From positions 129,518,001 to 129,582,000 of the forward strand of contig OX597818.1 of assembly GCA_951406725.2 (NCBI GenBank): a stretch of DNA of 64,000 nucleotides, in the 5' to 3' direction. The notes beneath the pieces were generated by a model, which saw only the letters and a program-made list of their open reading frames with translations, ran no database searches and was not told where the DNA came from. Shown in pieces: positions 1 to 12,310 of the stretch (position 1 is the first letter of the stretch; every line of letters begins with the position of its first letter). This stretch comes from Octopus vulgaris. Taxonomy: Eukaryota. A program made the position numbers and the translations under genes.

Positions 1-170
1 CCTGCTGTACACTTTCGCCACAACTTTCTCTCACTCTTTCTTCGGTTGGCCTGCTTGCTTAGCCAGCGGGGTGGCGTCATTTGAAGGCTAAAACAATGTG
101 AAGCGCATTGTGACCAGCGATGTGTAACAACATCTGATAGCCTGGTCGGTCGCGGTGATCGGTGATCAGT
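1..170 (+). mobile_element. 3' part of tRNA-derived SINE family C (tail type 1)
   Basis: Core ccacaactttctctcactctt plus the same tail as the full copy at 31151-31446 (-). Confidence 0.85.
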
Positions 171-504
171 GATGTAAATAACTAGAACAAACACCATAAT
201 ACTTTAATGATTTGGTCAACCTATGACATTTAATTGTAACTGGTTTAGACACAAAACGTCACTTTGAGGAGAATTGTTAGTCAATATCATTGGCACCATC
301 CACTCCCAGAATTTAACTGGTATTGTATTTTACTGAACTGAGACGTGTGGAAGGTGAAATTGTGAGTGAAATTTTTGTAAGATTTGAACTCAGAATGGTA
401 AGCATCAAATGTTTTGACGTGCTAATCTTTCTGTAAATAATGTTTTTAACCTTATAATAAAATTCTCAACATGGTAATAATAATGTCATCTTAGTTACTA
501 CAGT

Positions 505-511
505 AGAAGAA

Positions 512-543
<32 letters not shown>

Positions 544-769
544 AAACGAAGAAGAAGATGAAGAAGAAGAAATTGAAGAAGAAGAAAAAGAAGAAGAAGA
601 AAAAGATGAAACAGAAGAAGATGAAAAAGAAGAAGAAAAAGAAGAAGAAAAAGAAGATGAAACAGAAGAAGAAGAAAAAGAAGATGAAAAAGAAGAGGAA
701 GCAGAAGAAGAAGAAGAAGAAGAAGAAGAAGAAGAAGAAGAAGAAGAACAACAACAACAACAACAACAA
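505..769. repeat. (GAA)n/(CAA)n microsatellite
   Basis: Direct reading; explains the poly-K/poly-F ORFs. Confidence 0.97.
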
Positions 770-1429
770 AAGTATATTAAAATGGGAGTATCTGGTATTT
801 AAAGAAAGTTGAGGAATTGAATCAAAGCAGAAAATATTATTTTTGCATTAAAAAAAAAAGGAATACTTGATTTGAAAACGAACAGGTTCAGAGAGAATAT
901 AAAAACATTTTATTCCTTCTCTCTCTCTCTCTCTCTCTCTGTTTTTGTCTCCATCTCCCTTCAAGTGTCTTGTTCTCAATGTCCCCCACCCCACCCCTAC
1001 AGTCACATATTCATACACACGAATATCCAAATGGAATACAAGGAATCTATAAATAAATATACATTTCATAATATTAATTATAATTTGAACAGTGAGTGGC
1101 AGAATTATAAGAGTAGTGGACAAATTGACTACCAGCACTTAATTACCTCCTTTTCATATCCTGGTTTCAAGTCCTGCCAACATTGGATTTATTCTCCTCA
1201 GAAGCCCAGTTTTTAATTAGTAAATTATGACTATTATCTAGTACTAGTATTCTTATTGATGAATTTAGGGCTGCCTTAGCAGTATTGTAGGCTCTTGGAC
1301 AAACCAATGCCTTGGGTTCAATAGCATTTATTTATTGTCAGCAAGCCACAAAATGCATAAATCAGAACTTGGTCCCTAGACCTGTGAGGTCCCTTAGCAG
1401 TGACCCAGTGTGCCCATGTCTTCGGACAG

Positions 1430-2108
1430 TCCAGGTACGGCTGTGTGGTAAGAAGCTTGCTTTCCAGCCTTATAGTTCTGAGTTCAGTCCCAATGTGTGG
1501 CACCTTGGGCAAGGGTCGCCTATGGTAGCCTTGGGTTGACCAAAGTCTTGTGAGTGGCTCAGGTAGATGGAAACTGAAAGAAACTCATTATACCACCACC
1601 GCTGCCACCACCAGCACCATCGTTTAACGTCCACTTTCCATGCTGGCATTGGTTTGTACGGTTTGACTGAGCTGAAATTTACAGCAAAGCAAAAGATGAA
1701 GACAGGTGTATGAACAACAAACAGGTGTATTAGTTTGATACTTGGGAAAGTGAGTCTTTTACATTTCGAGCCTATGCTCTTCAACAGAAAGGAATAAGAG
1801 AAAATAAACAGAGAGAGAATAAAAGAACTTGTGGATTTAGTGATCAAGCATATGTATATATGCATGTGTATATCTTTATGTGTGTGTGTCTTTGTGTCTG
1901 TGTTTGTCCCACCACCACTGCTTGAAACCAGTGTTGTTCTGTTTGTGTCCCCGTAACTTAACAGTTTGGCAAAAGAGACCGATAGAATAAGTACCACATT
2001 TTAAAAAGAAAACAAAAGTACTGGAATCGATTCACTCGATTAAAAATTCTTCAAGGCAGTGCCCCAGCCTGGCCACAGTCAAGTTACTGACAAGTAAAAG
2101 GAAAAGAA
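1430..2108 (+). mobile_element. Degenerate SINE family A copy, interrupted by other retro-fragments (about 1590-1850)
   Basis: Head ggctgtgtggtaagaagcttgc..gttcagtccc, middle ccttgggcaag, tail aagtaaaagga; matches the copy at 47009-47402. Confidence 0.75.
1672..1850 (-). mobile_element. Putative PLE terminal-repeat fragment with variant hammerhead (other copies 20078-20150, 29358-29560)
   Basis: Three dispersed copies. Minus strand reads cttt-CTGTTGA-A-GAGC-atag-GCTC-GAAA-tgt-a-aaag. Confidence 0.55.
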
Positions 2109-2331
2109 ATGGATAATGGATATTTTAATAGAATCTGTTCTCCATATTCTTGGGGGCTTTTTTATTGTTTTACTTGTTTTAGTTTTTTGGCCATGTTAGG
2201 TCACCACTATGAAGAGCTTTAGTTGATCATACTGGCCCCAGTAATTAATTTTTAAAGTCTGGTACTTATTGATCATCTACTAAGTTACAGAACATTAAAA
2301 AACACACACACACACAAATACATACATACAT

Positions 2332-2532
2332 ATGAGGAAGGGGTTTTAAGGGTATCATGAAAGGCCTGGTTGGAGGCCCAACATTCCGAGTTCTTTTACA
2401 GGGTTTCGAAAAACAGAAGGACCACTGCAATAAGAATGTGGATCTGAGAGGGAAATATGTTCAATAAAATCATAATTAACTGATTCTCCTGTATTTTCTT
2501 TTACCCAAAGCCAGGAACTTTTCAGCACCCCA
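2332..2532 (+). mobile_element. Mariner-derived MITE (family also at 31494-31697 and 57249-57470)
   Basis: Right TIR aaagccaggaacttttcagcacccc; body homologous to the 57249 copy. Confidence 0.8.
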
Positions 2533-2662
2533 TACATACATACATACATACATACATACATACATACATACATACAAACAAACAAACAAATGTGGGCATA
2601 TGTAACAGGCTTTCATGTAGTTTCTGTCTACTTAGTTTTAATCGTAAAGAACGGTTCACTTT

Positions 2663-3016
2663 GGGTAAAAGGGTAAAGATCCCCTTCGGTCATGAATCAC
2701 CATGAAATTGCACCTAGGAAGCTCCCCTCTGAGGCACAAGCCCAGGCAAGGTTGTTTATGGAAAACCAGTAGTCACTCATGCATACATGGATAGGCCTCC
2801 CCTATCCATGCCACCAGTGTTATCCAAGGGAAAGGCAAAACCTGATACAGCTTGGCACCTGTGACGTCGCAACTCATTTCTACAGCTGAGTGAACTGGAG
2901 CAATGTGAAATAAAGTGACTTGCTCAAGAACACAACACACAGCCCAGTCTGGGAATTGAACTCACTACCTCATGATTTTGAGCCTGATGCTCTAACCATT
3001 GAGACATGCCCCTCCA
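2663..3016 (-). mobile_element. tRNA-derived SINE family D (CORE-like middle)
   Basis: Minus strand has A/B-box-like head then gtgttcttgagcaagtcacttt; homologous to 5508-5757, 52981-53296 and 56137-56451. Confidence 0.85.
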
Positions 3017-4073
3017 TTGAGGCTATAGTAAAAGACATTTGTCCATGATGCCATGCAATGGAACTGTACCCAGAGACTTCTTAGCCACACAATCATATAC
3101 ATTTTTTCTTTGTCTTTTTCTTTAATAATTTTTCTATATCTATTTTAATTTCTATAAATTTCTCTACTTGAATGTGTATAAATGTGTGTGTGTATATATA
3201 TATATATATGATGACATGTTCAAAGTCTATATATGTATATGTACTGGTGTATGTATTTTATGTTAGTTTTATTTCTATTTCTATTTGTGTATGAATTATA
3301 TATTTTTCTCCTCAATATTTTTTCACATGTCATCAAAATATAAAAAAAATATAATAAAAAAAAAACCAAACTAATTTATATTTTTTATGGCAGACATCAT
3401 ATTCATCAGAAACGACTGGTTTCTTGTGGAAATTTTGATAGATCACGATAAAAAGCATCAGCGGACAGTTGATGCAAACAAGAATTGAAAACTTGACAAG
3501 ATTTGCTTTTTATTTATTCATTTGTATTATTTTTTTAGAATATCTATTTATTGCTTTCTTTTTTCCTACTTAAAATAGTGCAAGGGATAGGAATTAATAT
3601 AAATTTGTTTTATAAGTTTTTGTCTCTTGTTTTTTTTCCTTGCTTTTAATCTGTTATTCTTATTTATAATTTTATTTTCATCACACCTGAATTGCTATTT
3701 ACTTTTGGGGGTGGGGAGTAGGCGTGTCAAAGAGAAATTTGAGATAGAGGGAGTAAAAACGAAAGTATAGTGGTTGGTGTCTCTCACCTGTCAAGTTAAA
3801 CCTCTGTCTCCTTGGCTGCATGTGAGAGATAAGTCTTTAAAACAGACAGATTTGCTGAAAAAGTAAAGCATTAGACAAACTGGCTTATATGATTTAAGTT
3901 TCTCTCTTTTTTCTCCAAGTTCAAAACTCTAAGAGGCTGACTTTACTTTTCATCTTTCTGGGATTTCAATAAAATAAATACAGGGGTGAAGACAAGTACA
4001 AATGCTTCACACTCAAAAATATGAGTTGAAGTCGACTTTGCTTTTCATCCTTTGGGGTCAACAAATTAAGTAC

Positions 4074-4298
4074 CTATTTCTTTATTACCCACAAGGGGCT
4101 AAACACAGAGGGGACAAACAAGGACAGACATAGGTATTAAGTCGATTACATCGACCCCAGTGCGTAACTGGTACTTAATTTATCGCCCCCGAAAGGATGA
4201 AAGGCAAAGTCGACCTCGGCGGAATTTGAACTCACAACGTAACGCAGACGAAATACCGCTAAGCATTTCGCCCGGCGTGCTAACGTTTCTGCCAGCAC
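4074..4298 (-). mobile_element. SINE family B, young copy (tail ...gccccttgtgggtaataaagaaatag)
   Basis: Head ctggcagaaacgttagcacg..gagttcaaattcc, core gtcgactttgcctttcatcctttcgggg; near-identical to 22851-23082. Confidence 0.88.
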
Positions 4299-4454
4299 AC
4301 CGCTGATGTGGGGTTGGTATTCTTGTGGCTTGAAGACACCTCAACAAATTAAGTACCAGTTGAGCACTGGGGTTGATATAATCGCCCAGTTCCCTCCCAC
4401 AGACATTGAGCCTATAGTAGAAAGGATTGTTATTATTATTATTATTAATAACAC

Positions 4455-5460
4455 GGTGGGCTGGCAGAATCGTTAACATGTCGGACGAAATGCTTAGTGG
4501 TATTTAATCCATTGTTGTGTTCTGAGTTCAAATTCTGCCAAGGTCAACTTTGCCTTTCATTCTCTCAGGGTTGATAAATTAAGTTCCAGTGAAACACTGG
4601 GATCGATGTAGTTGACTTATCTCCTCCACTAAGTTCCAGTGAAACACTGGGATCGATGTAGTTGACTTATCCCCTCCACTAAGTTCCAGTGAAACACTGG
4701 GATCGATGTAGTTGACTTATCCCCTCCACTAAGTTCCAGTGAAACACTGGGATCGATGTGTAGTTGACTTATCCCCTCCACTAAGTTCCAGTGAAACACT
4801 GGGATCGATGTAGTTGACTTATCTCCTCCACTAAGTTCCAGTGAAACACTGGGATCGATGTAGTTGACTTATCCCCTCCACTAAGTTCCAGTGAAACACT
4901 GGGATCGATGTAGTTGACTTATCCCCTCCACTAAGTTCCAGTGAAACACTGGGATCGATGTAGTTGACTTATCCCCTCCACTAAGTTCCAGTGAAACACT
5001 GGGATCGATGTAGTTGACTTATCTCCTCCACTAAGTTCCAGTGAAACACTGGGATCGATGTAGTTGACTTATCCCCTCCACTAAGTTCCAGTGAAACACT
5101 GGGATCGATGTAGTTGACTTATCCCCTCCACTAAGTTCCAGTGAAACACTGGGATCGATGTAGTTGACTTATCTCCTCCACTAAGTTCCAGTGAAACACT
5201 GGGATCGATGTAGTTGACTTATCCCCTCCACTAAGTTCCAGTGAAACACTGGGATCGATGTAGTTGACTTATCTCCTCCACTAAGTTCCAGTGAAACACT
5301 GGGATCGATGTAGTTGACTTATCCCCTCCACTAAGTTCCAGTGAAACACTGGGATCGATGTAGTTGACTTATCCCCTCCACTAAGTTCCAGTGAAACACT
5401 GGGATCGATGTAGTTGACTTATCCCCTCCCCTAAAATGGCTGCCCTTGTGGGAAAATTAT
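4455..5460 (+). mobile_element. SINE family B copy hosting a minisatellite
   Basis: SINE head and core at 4455-4580; tail ctaaaatggctgcccttgtg..attatt resumes after the array. Confidence 0.8.
4580..5431 (+). repeat. 50-bp minisatellite, 17 units, derived from SINE family B
   Basis: Unit taagttccagtgaaacactgggatcgatgtagttgacttatc(c/t)cctccac; unit 4 has a 2-bp insertion; no unique spacers. Confidence 0.97.
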
Positions 5461-5507
5461 TATTATTATTATTATTATTAATGATAATAATATATTGTTA
5501 TTATTAC

Positions 5508-5757
5508 AAGACACTTTATTTCACATTGCTCCAGTTCATTCAGCTGTAGAAATGAGTTATGACATCACAAGTGCCAAACTGTATTGGCTTTTGCCTTTCC
5601 CTTGGATAACATCAGTGGTATGAAGAGGGGAGACTGGTAAGCATGGGTGACTGTTGATCTTCCATAAACAACCTAGCCCAGACTTATACTTCGGAGGGGA
5701 ACTTTCTAGGGTCCAATCCCATGGTCATTCATGACTGAAGAGGGTCTTTACTTTTAC
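5508..5757 (+). mobile_element. SINE family D, 5'-truncated
   Basis: caagacactttatttcacattgctccagttc..aatcccatggtcattcatgac. Confidence 0.8.
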
Positions 5758-5767
5758 ACCTTACCTA

Positions 5768-5992
5768 TTACTCTTTACTCTTTTACTTGTTTCAGTCAGT
5801 TGACTGTGGCCATGCTGGAGCACCGCCTTTAGTCGAGCAACTCGACCCTGGGACTTATTCTTTGTATGCCCAGTACTCATTCTATCGGTCTCTTTTGCCG
5901 AACCGCTAAGTGACGGGGACATAAACACACCAGCATCGGTTGTCAAGCAATGCTAGGGGGACAAACACAGACACACAAACATACATGCAAAC

Positions 5993-6023
<31 letters not shown>

Positions 6024-6185
6024 TACGACGGGCTTCTTTCAGTTTCCGTCTACCAAATCCACTCACAAGGCTTTGGTCGGCCCGAGGCTATAGTAGAAGA
6101 CACTTGCCCAAGGTGCCACGCAGTGGGACTGAACCCAGAACCATGTGGTTGGTATGCAACTTACCACACAGTCACTCCTGCACCT
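5768..6185 (-). mobile_element. SINE family A, full length
   Basis: tRNA-like head, internal (TA)/(CA) tract, tail (aagagta)n; more than 10 copies in the window. Confidence 0.92.
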
Positions 6186-6875
6186 TTATTTGTCACCTTT
6201 ATTTAACCACTGAAGGTAATTACATACAAAATCATACGTGCAAAAAAGAAAATGTTAAGACAAGGGAACTTACAAAATGTAAAGGGTAGAACAAATGAGT
6301 TACATAAAAATTAGGAGAGGAATGGGTTGATCAGTGCATCTTAAAACCCCAATTACAATAATGGTAATTGTTTCAAATTAGGATACACAAGTAGCTGATT
6401 TGGAGGGGATAGGATTAGCCAATACTGTTGATCCTAGTTCTTAACTAGTATTTATTTTACTGATCCTGGAAGAAGGAAGGGAAAAGTCAATCTCAGTAGG
6501 ATTTGAACTCAAAAAATATAAAGCGTTGGAACAAATATTACAAGACATGTTTTTCCGATGCTCCAACGAATTTGCTAATTCACTGTCCTTCTGTGTTTCT
6601 AAATTAGATACAAGACAAGAAACTTTTGGGGTAGGAGAACAGTTGATTCTATCAACTGTAGTAATTGACTGGTACTTTATTTTATCAGCCCTAAGAGGAT
6701 GAAAGGCAGAGTAGACTACAGTGGGATTCTGAACTCAGAATATAAAGAACTAAAGTAAATGCTGCAAAGTATTCTGTGCATTCACTGGTCTAATAATAAT
6801 AATAATGATGATGATGAATATAATAATAATAATGATGATGATGATGATGATGATGATGATAATAAATTTTTTTAT

Positions 6876-7179
6876 GTGCCCTTTTCAAGCCTAGCCAGGC
6901 TCATGGGCCTGGTTTCTCGGTTTCTGTGGCGTATGTGTTCCCCCTAGCTGGATGGGACGCCAGTCCATCGCAGTATTACTCAAGAAACAGGAAGAAAGAG
7001 TGAGAGAAAGTTGGGGGCGAAAGAGTACAACAGGGGTCGCCACCACCCCCTGCCAGAGCCTCGTGGAGCTTTAGGTGTTTTTGCTCAATAAACATACATA
7101 ATGCCCAGTCTGGGAATCGAAACTGCGATCCTCCGACCGCGAGTCCGCTGCCCTAACCACTGGGCCATTGCACCTCCAC
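6876..7179 (-). mobile_element. SINE family C (tRNA-Arg-like head), tail type 2
   Basis: Head gtggaggtgcaatggcccagtggttagggcagcggacTCGcggtc..gtttcgattccc; tail gcgatggactggcgtcccatccag. Confidence 0.88.
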
Positions 7180-7197
7180 ATAATAATAATAATAATA

Positions 7198-7241
<44 letters not shown>

Positions 7242-7557
7242 AATAAAATAAAACAATCCATAAACACAAGACACACTCTAAATAGCAAATATCTAATGAA
7301 ATAAACTACTACCATTAGGTTTAATACTCAATGCTTTACACACACAACACACATTACAAACACTAATACAGCAAAAGACTGCATCATACCCCATAAAAAA
7401 AGAAACTGATGCAATACAATGCCAGGAAGAGTTTGCTTTCCCCCAACAACAAAAAAGAATGCACAATACTACACCCCCAACCAGCAACATGGAGGTGTAG
7501 CAGGTGATGCAGCAGAAATTTACCTGAAGCTACCAAATTTTGAATAATAATAATAAT

Positions 7558-7598
<41 letters not shown>

Positions 7599-7600
<2 letters not shown>

Positions 7601-7813
7601 TAATCTCAAGGTTTAAAACAAACATAATTTTCGGTTTAAAAAAAAACAAAAAAAACCCTTTTTTTTTAGACATTCATTAGTACAACATCCCCACCCCCCA
7701 AATATATGGCACACTAGGCATAACAACAACATGAACTTCCAACCCTGTTGTCTCTTGAGGTCTCTGGGTGAGACTTGGAGCCAACTTGTACAAATATAAA
7801 GCAAAAGTCAAAC

Positions 7814-7816
<3 letters not shown>
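7599..7816 (+). mobile_element. R4/Dong LINE, 3' UTR-only insertion in (AAT)n
   Basis: Matches the 3' UTRs at 11572-11783 and 42395-42593; flanked by (AAT)n. Confidence 0.85.
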
Positions 7817-7855
<39 letters not shown>

Positions 7856-8067
7856 TAATAATAATGATAATAATAATGATAATAATAATGATAATAATAA
7901 TGATGATAATAATGATAATAATAATGATGATAATAATAATAATAATAATAATGATAATAATAATGATAATAATAATGATAATAATAATGATGATAATAAT
8001 GATGATAATAATAATAATAATAATAATGATAATAATAATGATAATAATAATGATAATAATAATGATG

Positions 8068-8107
<40 letters not shown>

Positions 8108-8145
8108 TAATAATAATGATAATAATAATGATAATAATAATGATG

Positions 8146-8182
<37 letters not shown>
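7817..8182. repeat. (AAT)n/(GAT) compound microsatellite
   Basis: Direct reading. Confidence 0.97.
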
Positions 8183-8183
<1 letters not shown>

Positions 8184-8387
8184 CCTTTCTACTGGAGGCA
8201 CAAGGCCTGAAATTTTGAGGGAAAGGGCTAGTCAATTATATCAGCCCCAGTGCTCAATTGATACTTATTTTATTGACTCTGAAAGGATGAAAGGCAAAAG
8301 TGAATGTGGTGGAATTTGAACTCAGAATGTACAGCTGGAATCAGCGCTACTAAGTATTTTGTCTGAATAGTCAATGATCCTGCCAGC

Positions 8388-8388
<1 letters not shown>
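8183..8388 (-). mobile_element. SINE family B with (ATT)n tail
   Basis: cctttctact..ggcacaaggcctgaaatttt..aaaggatgaaaggcaaa..gaatttgaactcag. Similar copies near 12327, 22476, 23369, 40090, 42610, 46115, 50338 and 50870. Confidence 0.8.
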
Positions 8389-8445
<57 letters not shown>

Positions 8446-9987
8446 TACGCTGCAAATGACAAACAGCTGGAAACACTATTAAAGACAGTTCATGGATTTA
8501 CCAAAGAAATAGATATGAAATTTGGATTAGAAAAATGCGCCAAAGTAACCATGAAAAGAGGAAAACTAGTTAAGAGTAACAACATCACACTAGATAAAAC
8601 CAATGAAATAAAAGAATTAGACCAAAGCCAAACTTACAAATACTTAGGAATCCATGAACTAGATAAGACACAACACACACAAATGAAAGAGAAAATAAAA
8701 AAAGAATATTATAGACGAGTTAGATCAATACTAAAAACAGAGCTCAATGCTAAAAACAAGATAATAGGTATCAACACTTTAGCTGTCCCAGTTATAAGTT
8801 ACAGCTACAATATCCTTAACTGGACACGAAATGAACTGTCCAAAATAGATAGGAAAACAAGAAAAATACTGACAGGATCTAGGATGCATCACCCAAAATC
8901 TGACATAGAAAGACTATATATACAACGTATAGAAGGTGGTAGAGGCCTTATACAGCTGGAAAACTACTATAAAATAACCACCATAGGACTGCAAAAATAC
9001 CTACTTCAGAAGGAAGGAAAACTGATCCAGATAGCAGCAAAACACGAGCAAAACAAAAAACTGTTCTCAGTATTTAAGGAAGCTGACAAATACAAACAAG
9101 AAATCATACCACCTAATAAACACAAAGAAGAAGAAGAAGATGATGAAGAAACAACAAAAGCTATAAAACAAATGAAATCCAAACTAAAAATAGAACAGCA
9201 ACGAGCCATGATAAAACGATGGCAAGAAAAACCCCTTCATGGTAAATACTGCACTAAACTAAACGCAAAAGAAATAGACAAAGAAAAATCCCAGCAATGG
9301 TTGAGAAGCTCAGGACTCAAAGCAGAAACAGAGGGATTTTTAATTGCAGCACAAGACCAAAGCCTCCCCACCAGAAATTACCAAAAACATGTAATGAAAA
9401 GAAATATTACAAGTAACTGCAGAATATGTGGAGATGGACAAGAAACAATAAATCATATTATCTCTAGCTGCCCAGTCCTGGCTAAGAAGGAATATATTCA
9501 CAGACATGACAGAGTTGGAACCTACATACATTGGAAGCTATGCCAACATTATGGAATAACAACAGAAAAAAGATGGTATAGGCACACACCAGAAAAGGTC
9601 ACAGAAAACGAGAAAGCAACCATACTCTGGGATATGCCGATACACACAGATAGAGAAATTAAGGCCAACAGACCAGATATAGTTGTCAGAGATCATGAAG
9701 GAAAAAAATGCTTTCTAATTGATGTATCAATACCGGCAGATGACAACGTGTCTCTGAAAGAAATGGAGAAACTCTCAAAATACAAAGACCTGGAAATAGA
9801 GGTAACCAGAATGTGGAATCTAAAAACAGAAACAATTCCTATCATAGTAGGTGCATTAGGCATGATAAAAAAATATTCAGACAAATACATAACAAAAACA
9901 CCAGGACTTACAAACACATATAGCATACAGAAAATTGCACTACTAGGCACTGCACACATCCTACGCAGAACACTTTCCATACAATAA
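8446..9987 (+). CDS. C-terminal half of an R4/Dong-clade non-LTR retrotransposon ORF (end of RT, CCHC zinc knuckle, REL endonuclease); 5'-truncated
   Basis: Begins YAANDKQL, just after the missing YxDD. Contains MKFGLEKC, YKYLG, RLY..R.EGGRGL, LIAAQDQ, CRIC..ETINHIISSC, RHD and RPDIVV..IDVSIP..EKLSKY. The N-terminal poly-I of the predicted ORF is the (AAT)n target. Confidence 0.95.
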   Translation, partial: YAANDKQLETLLKTVHGFTKEIDMKFGLEKCAKVTMKRGKLVKSNNITLDKTNEIKELDQSQTYKYLGIHELDKTQHTQMKEKIKKEYYRRVRSILKTELNAKNKIIGINTLAVPVISYSYNILNWTRNELSKIDRKTRKILTGSRMHHPKSDIERLYIQRIEGGRGLIQLENYYKITTIGLQKYLLQKEGKLIQIAAKHEQNKKLFSVFKEADKYKQEIIPPNKHKEEEEDDEETTKAIKQMKSKLKIEQQRAMIKRWQEKPLHGKYCTKLNAKEIDKEKSQQWLRSSGLKAETEGFLIAAQDQSLPTRNYQKHVMKRNITSNCRICGDGQETINHIISSCPVLAKKEYIHRHDRVGTYIHWKLCQHYGITTEKRWYRHTPEKVTENEKATILWDMPIHTDREIKANRPDIVVRDHEGKKCFLIDVSIPADDNVSLKEMEKLSKYKDLEIEVTRMWNLKTETIPIIVGALGMIKKYSDKYITKTPGLTNTYSIQKIALLGTAHILRRTLSIQ

Positions 9988-10081
9988 CCATCAGAGCATC
10001 ACAACAAATCACAGCACATACCCAAGGCACACAGAGCTGCGTTCGGTAGTGAAGTGAAAGCACGCTATAAAAATAAAACTA

Positions 10082-10086
<5 letters not shown>
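8446..10086 (+). mobile_element. R4/Dong LINE, 5'-truncated, inserted in (AAT)n
   Basis: ORF plus about 100-bp 3' UTR, with (AAT)n on both sides; Dong elements are known to target (TAA)n. Confidence 0.93.
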
Positions 10087-10114
<28 letters not shown>

Positions 10115-10499
10115 TACAATAATAATAATAACAACAATAATAACAACAATAATAACAACAATACCTGTTTTTGAGGGGAGGGGTTTAGTTGATACCATCA
10201 ACTAGTACTTGACTGGTAGTTTATTTTGTCAACCCTGGAGAAATGGAAGGTGGTGTTGACTTTGATAGAATTTGAACTCAGAATGTAAAGAGCTGGAGGA
10301 AATATTGCAAGATTGCAAGGCATTTTGTCTGACTCCCTAACAGTTCTGTCAATCCACCACACTAATTGTTTCTGATTTTGACACAAAACCAGCAATTTTT
10401 AAGGTAGGGTGGGTTGGGGTTAGTCTATATCATGAACCCCAGTAATTAACCAGTTCATTACTCTATCATCTCTCAAAGCAGTTTTTTACCAATGCTCTA

Positions 10500-10572
10500 A
10501 TGATTCTTTCTGCTCGAGATATTGCAATTCCTTCTGATGAAAATATTGCCTCAAAAGAAGAGGAAAAGTTAT

Positions 10573-10644
<72 letters not shown>

Positions 10645-10830
10645 CTGAACTATTCAAGATGTGGATGAAAATAATATCACAAGTAATTGAAGCATTAGGC
10701 ATGATAAACAAATTATGAAATGAAACATAGAAGCCATTCCAGGGCTCACAACATTTCAACAACCCCAAAAAATAGATCTGTGAGGAACAGTTTATTTCGT
10801 GTATGAGATGCTTTCAATTCAATAGTTCAA
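10500..10830 (+). pseudogene. Decayed R4/Dong REL-domain fragment split by (TA)n
   Basis: DIAIPSDENIASKEEEKLS-[TA]n-RTELFKMW..ALGMI aligns with the C-terminus of the 8446 ORF. Confidence 0.75.
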
Positions 10831-11447
10831 ATAGATAGCTAAAACAGAATAACCTTAACTCACAACACAACTCAGGCAGCATATATTAGATTAAGATCCA
10901 ATATAATAACACAACCCTTGTTACATATACACCATGGATGACAGAACAAACACAAATACAACAAGAAACATAACAAAACAAACAGGTACGGTACACCAAC
11001 AGGAAGAGCCTATACTCTGCCAATCTTCACCAAAATAAGAACAAAAGCCACATGCATGTCAGAAACATGGATGTACACCAAGTGGTGCAGTAGAAACTTG
11101 CAGGAAACTAGGTATTTATTGTGCTTTTTATAAAAAAGGGGTGAAATGCTGGGTGAAATGCTTAGTGGTATTTCATCTGCTGCTTTGTTCTGAGTTCAAA
11201 TTCCACCAAGATCGACTTTGCCTTTCATCCTTTCAGGGTCGATTAAATAAGTACCAATTATGCACTGGGGTCGATATAATAGAATTTGAACTCAAAACAT
11301 AAAAGTAGACAAAATACTGCTTAGCATTTTCTTCAGCATGATAATGATTCTGTCAGCTTGCTTTATAATAATAATAATAATAATAATCAGAAGAAGAAGA
11401 AGAGTAGTAATAATAATGGCAATAATAATAATAATAATAATAATAAT

Positions 11448-11783
11448 ATGGGAATGATAGTGAAAGGGGCTGATTGCTACCTAACTCAGATACCAGGAAA
11501 CCCCAAAATGGCAGAAATTCAAAAGATAGTGCTCATGAGAACTGCTCATATCCTACGCAAAATACTTTCTATGTAATCTCAGGGTTTAAAACAAACATAA
11601 TTTTTGTTTTTTTTTTGTTTTTTTTGGACATTCACTAGTACAACACAAAAAAAAAACAAAAAGAAACAAATATATGGCACACTAGGCATAACAACAACAT
11701 GAACTTCCAACCTGTTGTCTCTTGAGGTCTCTGGGTGAGACTTAGAGCCAACTTGTACAAATATAAAGCAAAAGTCAAACATA
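11448..11783 (+). mobile_element. R4/Dong LINE 3' end (second subfamily)
   Basis: GMIVKGADCYLTQIPGNPKMAEIQKIVLMRTAHILRKILSM* plus 3' UTR; (AAT)n flanks. Confidence 0.88.
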
Positions 11784-11844
11784 TAATGATAATAATAATA
11801 ATAATAGTAATAATAATAAAACAATAACAATAATAGTAATAATA

Positions 11845-12310
11845 AAAAATGGGCTACAGCAAATATTCTGACTCAATACCACTGGTTTGCTTGTCAGTTG
11901 TTTGACCTTAACCAGTTGAGCATATCCCTTAGTGGCTGATGATATGTGCATCTCTGATCATGAGCACAAGTAATGGGGGAGCATCATAGCCATGTGTTGA
12001 GAGGGATTCTTTGGGGTTTGAATAATTCACCTCTGGAAACATGGGTGTTTCGCTCAACATCCTTAAACAACCCTTACTCAGGGACCTTTTGAGCAGGATG
12101 GGTTACTTGACCAGAAGAAAATTCTAACTAGGCCCCCACCTACAAGGTCATGTGCTGTTTATCTTGATATGAGATCATCATGTCACGTACATATGGTTGT
12201 GATGCATGTGCCTGGTGTACCCTTATCAGACAGGTAGTCATGATGAGTATACTGGGCTTCATATATTTTACCCCAGTGTCACTTTGATGGCATGCACTGC
12301 TCTCTCACTC
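11845..12310. mobile_element. Unclassified ~460-bp insert between (AAT)n tracts
   Basis: Complex sequence with sharp (AAT)n borders and no recognisable ORF. Confidence 0.4.

Noticed and set aside
4580-5431. CRISPR-like array with palindromic repeats
   Set aside because: No unique spacers, no cas genes, eukaryotic context; the unit is a SINE segment.
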